The position numbers and the translations under genes are program-made. 64,000 bases of DNA from Veleropilina oligotropha (taxonomy: Eukaryota), in the NCBI GenBank assembly GCA_048128005.1, contig JBEUKZ010000135.1, forward strand, positions 62,001 to 126,000. The letters run 5' to 3'. The notes under the pieces were generated by a model. That model saw only the letters and a program-made list of their open reading frames with translations. It made no database searches and was not told the DNA's origin. Of the stretch, positions 61,490-64,000 are shown in pieces; positions within the stretch are counted from its first letter, which is position 1; every line of letters starts with the position of its first letter.

Positions 61490-64000
61490 TTTGATTTGAT
61501 TTGAATTGATGTTTAACGACCACGCCGACACTATAATGGTCATAATCGGGTCGGTCATTTTAATTATACAATAGTTTAATATAAAATGTTAAAAGTAGGG
61601 ATATATATTTTACTAATAATAATATCATAATAAAAACAAATCAATATATTTACAAGTAAAATAAACACAATGCAAATTTGGATAAAAGATCAAATGTTTG
61701 CTAAAAAACAGTATAATAATAAAAAAATAGTATAATAATTAAAAAACGAAATATAAAATTTAGTCATAAAGGAAATTAAAGTATACATAAAATTTATAAC
61801 ATAGAAAATATTTACGTGTTTTAAAAATTCAAATACGGCTTTGAGCTTATTAAGATTAAATAACTCTTGGAGTGAATTTGCCCTAAAATACCTTTGGCGT
61901 GCGAGATCCAAATCGACACAATCCAATAATATATGTTTAATTGTTAGGGCAGTTGCACAAGGAATACACTCAGGTGGAGGCTCCCCTTTAAGCAAGTAGG
62001 AGTGAGTGTAGTGAGAATGCCCAATCCTCAGTCTGGCCAAGACGACCTCCTCTCGCCGAGTTGGCCTGTAAGAGGGGCCCCAATCGCCAAGAAGAGGTTG
62101 GACATTCTGCAGTTTATTCCTTATGCATTCACTCCAAGAGTGCTCCAAGTAGAATTTATATATTTGTTTATGCTTTGTTTAAAATCTGAGTGTGGTTATT
62201 TCCAATTTTGTATATTGTTAAAATGTGAGGCTGCCTTGGCAGCTTGGTCAGCCTTCTCATTGCATTGGATACCGATATGGCTCGGTATCCAGCATAAAAT
62301 AATGTCATTATCAGGTAAAAGGTTGTTATAGTTTAATAAAATTTCCTGAACAATAACATTTCTATTCATCTCCCTCAGTGCTTGTAAGCTAGAGAGGGAG
62401 TCTGAATAGATAATAAAACGCCGTTTAGTACATGTAGAGATAAAATTAAGAGCAAGCTCGATTGCTTTTAGTTCTGCAGTATATATAGTCGCGCTGCCTG
62501 GCAGACGGTTTTGAAAACATTGTCTGCCAGTGACAGCGGCTGCTCCTACTAATTCTGCATCTTTTGAACCATCTGTACATTTGCACGATCTGAATATTTT
62601 AATTTCAGATCGTGCACTTTTATGAGATAATCTGATGTGTCTGTGTTTGATTTTTTTAGTGATGTAAGTTGTAGATCAATTACCGGTACTTTCAGTGTCC
62701 ATGGTGGAGTATCCGGAATGTAATTTGTTTTAATTTGATCTATATTTATGTTTGACTTTTCTAGTGCTGGTTTTATGCGAATGCCTAATGGTGCAATTTT
62801 GTTTGGTTTTGCCTGAAACAGAATTTCGTAGTTAGGTGTAAATACAGTTTCGAAAGCTGGATTAGATGGATTTGATTTTAATTTAATTGCATACTGCAGT
62901 GAAAGTTTTGCGCGTCTATGTGTATGTGATGGTTCGTTTGCTTCGACATAAAGGCTTTCCATGGGTGATGTACGGAAAGCCCCTAGTGCCAATCGAAGCC
63001 CTTGATTATGGATTGGATCAAGCATTTTAAGGTAAGAATGGCGAGCAGAGCCATATACAATGCTCTCGTAATCAAGTTTTGATCTAATTAAGGATATATA
63101 TAATCGGAGTAAAACTTTTTTATCAGCACCCCATTCAGTATTAGAAACTACTTTCATTAAATTTAAAGCTTTCTGACATTTAGCTTTAATATATTTGATA
63201 TGAGGTATGAAAGTCAGTTTGCGGTCAAATATAAGGCCTAAAAATTTAAATTGGTCCACCACTGGAATCTCAAAGTCATCCAGTTTCAGCACAGGGTCGT
63301 CGTGTATTTCACGACGCTGGCAAAAGTGCATGCATTTAGTTTTGTCCTTTGATAATTTAAATCCATTCTCATCGGACCATATCTGTAATTTATTTAGGCC
63401 ATGTTGTAACTGGCGTTCTATACTGTTCATATTTGTTGAACGATAGCAAATGCCAAAATCGTCAACAAATAATGAACAGTCAGTGCCAGTACTAATACAT
63501 TTGACAATACTGTTTATTTTAATACTGAATAGGGTGACTGATAAAATACTTCCTTGAGGGACACCCATCTCCTGGTCGTGGAGGTCGGAGAGGGTGTCAC
63601 CCACATTGACTTTAAAAATTCGGTCCTCAAGGAATTTTGAGATAAAAGTGGACAAGTTGCCCTTTAAGCCAAAATCAAACAAATCTTTCATAATCCCGTA
63701 CTTCCATGTAGTATCGTAGGCCTTCTCTAGATCGAAAAAAACAGCAACTAAGTGTTGTCTGTTTAAGAAGGCCTCACGAACAAAAGTTTCCAGACGTACC
63801 AAATGATCAATTGTGCTCCGGTTCCTACGGAATCCACTTTGATATTCTGTTAATAAATTATTGGATTCAAGATACCAAACTAATCTCTCGTTTATCATCC
63901 GTTCCATGGTTTTACAAATACAACTCGTCAGAGCTATAGGTCGATAACTGTTTGCATGCGATGGATCTTTCCCTGCCTTGGGAACTGGAATAACGGTAGC
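61489..64000 (-). mobile_element. Third I-group LINE copy with an intact 3' end, running off the window
   Basis: RT ORF 62549..63907, RNase H and C-terminal CxxC...H...C (61690..62148), AT-rich 3' UTR and a (TCAAA)n tail ending at ~61489. Confidence 0.92.

Overview
AT-rich animal genomic DNA (inferred; probably an invertebrate such as a mollusc) made up mostly of mobile elements. It holds three DIRS1-type tyrosine-recombinase retrotransposons on the minus strand: one structurally complete but mutated (15.0-22.6 kb), one internally deleted (4.6-9.7 kb) and one truncated copy of a second family (26.8-29.4 kb). It also holds several RNase H-containing I-group LINE pieces (47.4-64 kb), partly inside a ~4.9-kb segmental duplication, HINE/pearl-like non-autonomous elements, MITE-like foldbacks, a long (TA)n tract and a spliced BEN-domain gene (30.7-37.9 kb, minus). 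The standout is a compact, GC-rich, intronless DNA element at ~41.44-47.35 kb. It encodes a 1287-aa fusion of a Rho_N/HeH-like N-terminus, a divergent family-B DNA polymerase, an SF1 helicase and a C-terminal HNH-like nuclease. It also encodes a convergent Polinton-type DDE integrase and a small Cys/His zinc-finger protein, and has a triple AGCAGCAG(G)n repeat at its left end. It resembles the polymerase-helicase fusion elements of the Polinton/PLV/Tlr1/transpoviron group, but no capsid module is visible and the right end appears deleted. All domain calls come from motifs read by eye; no database searches were run.
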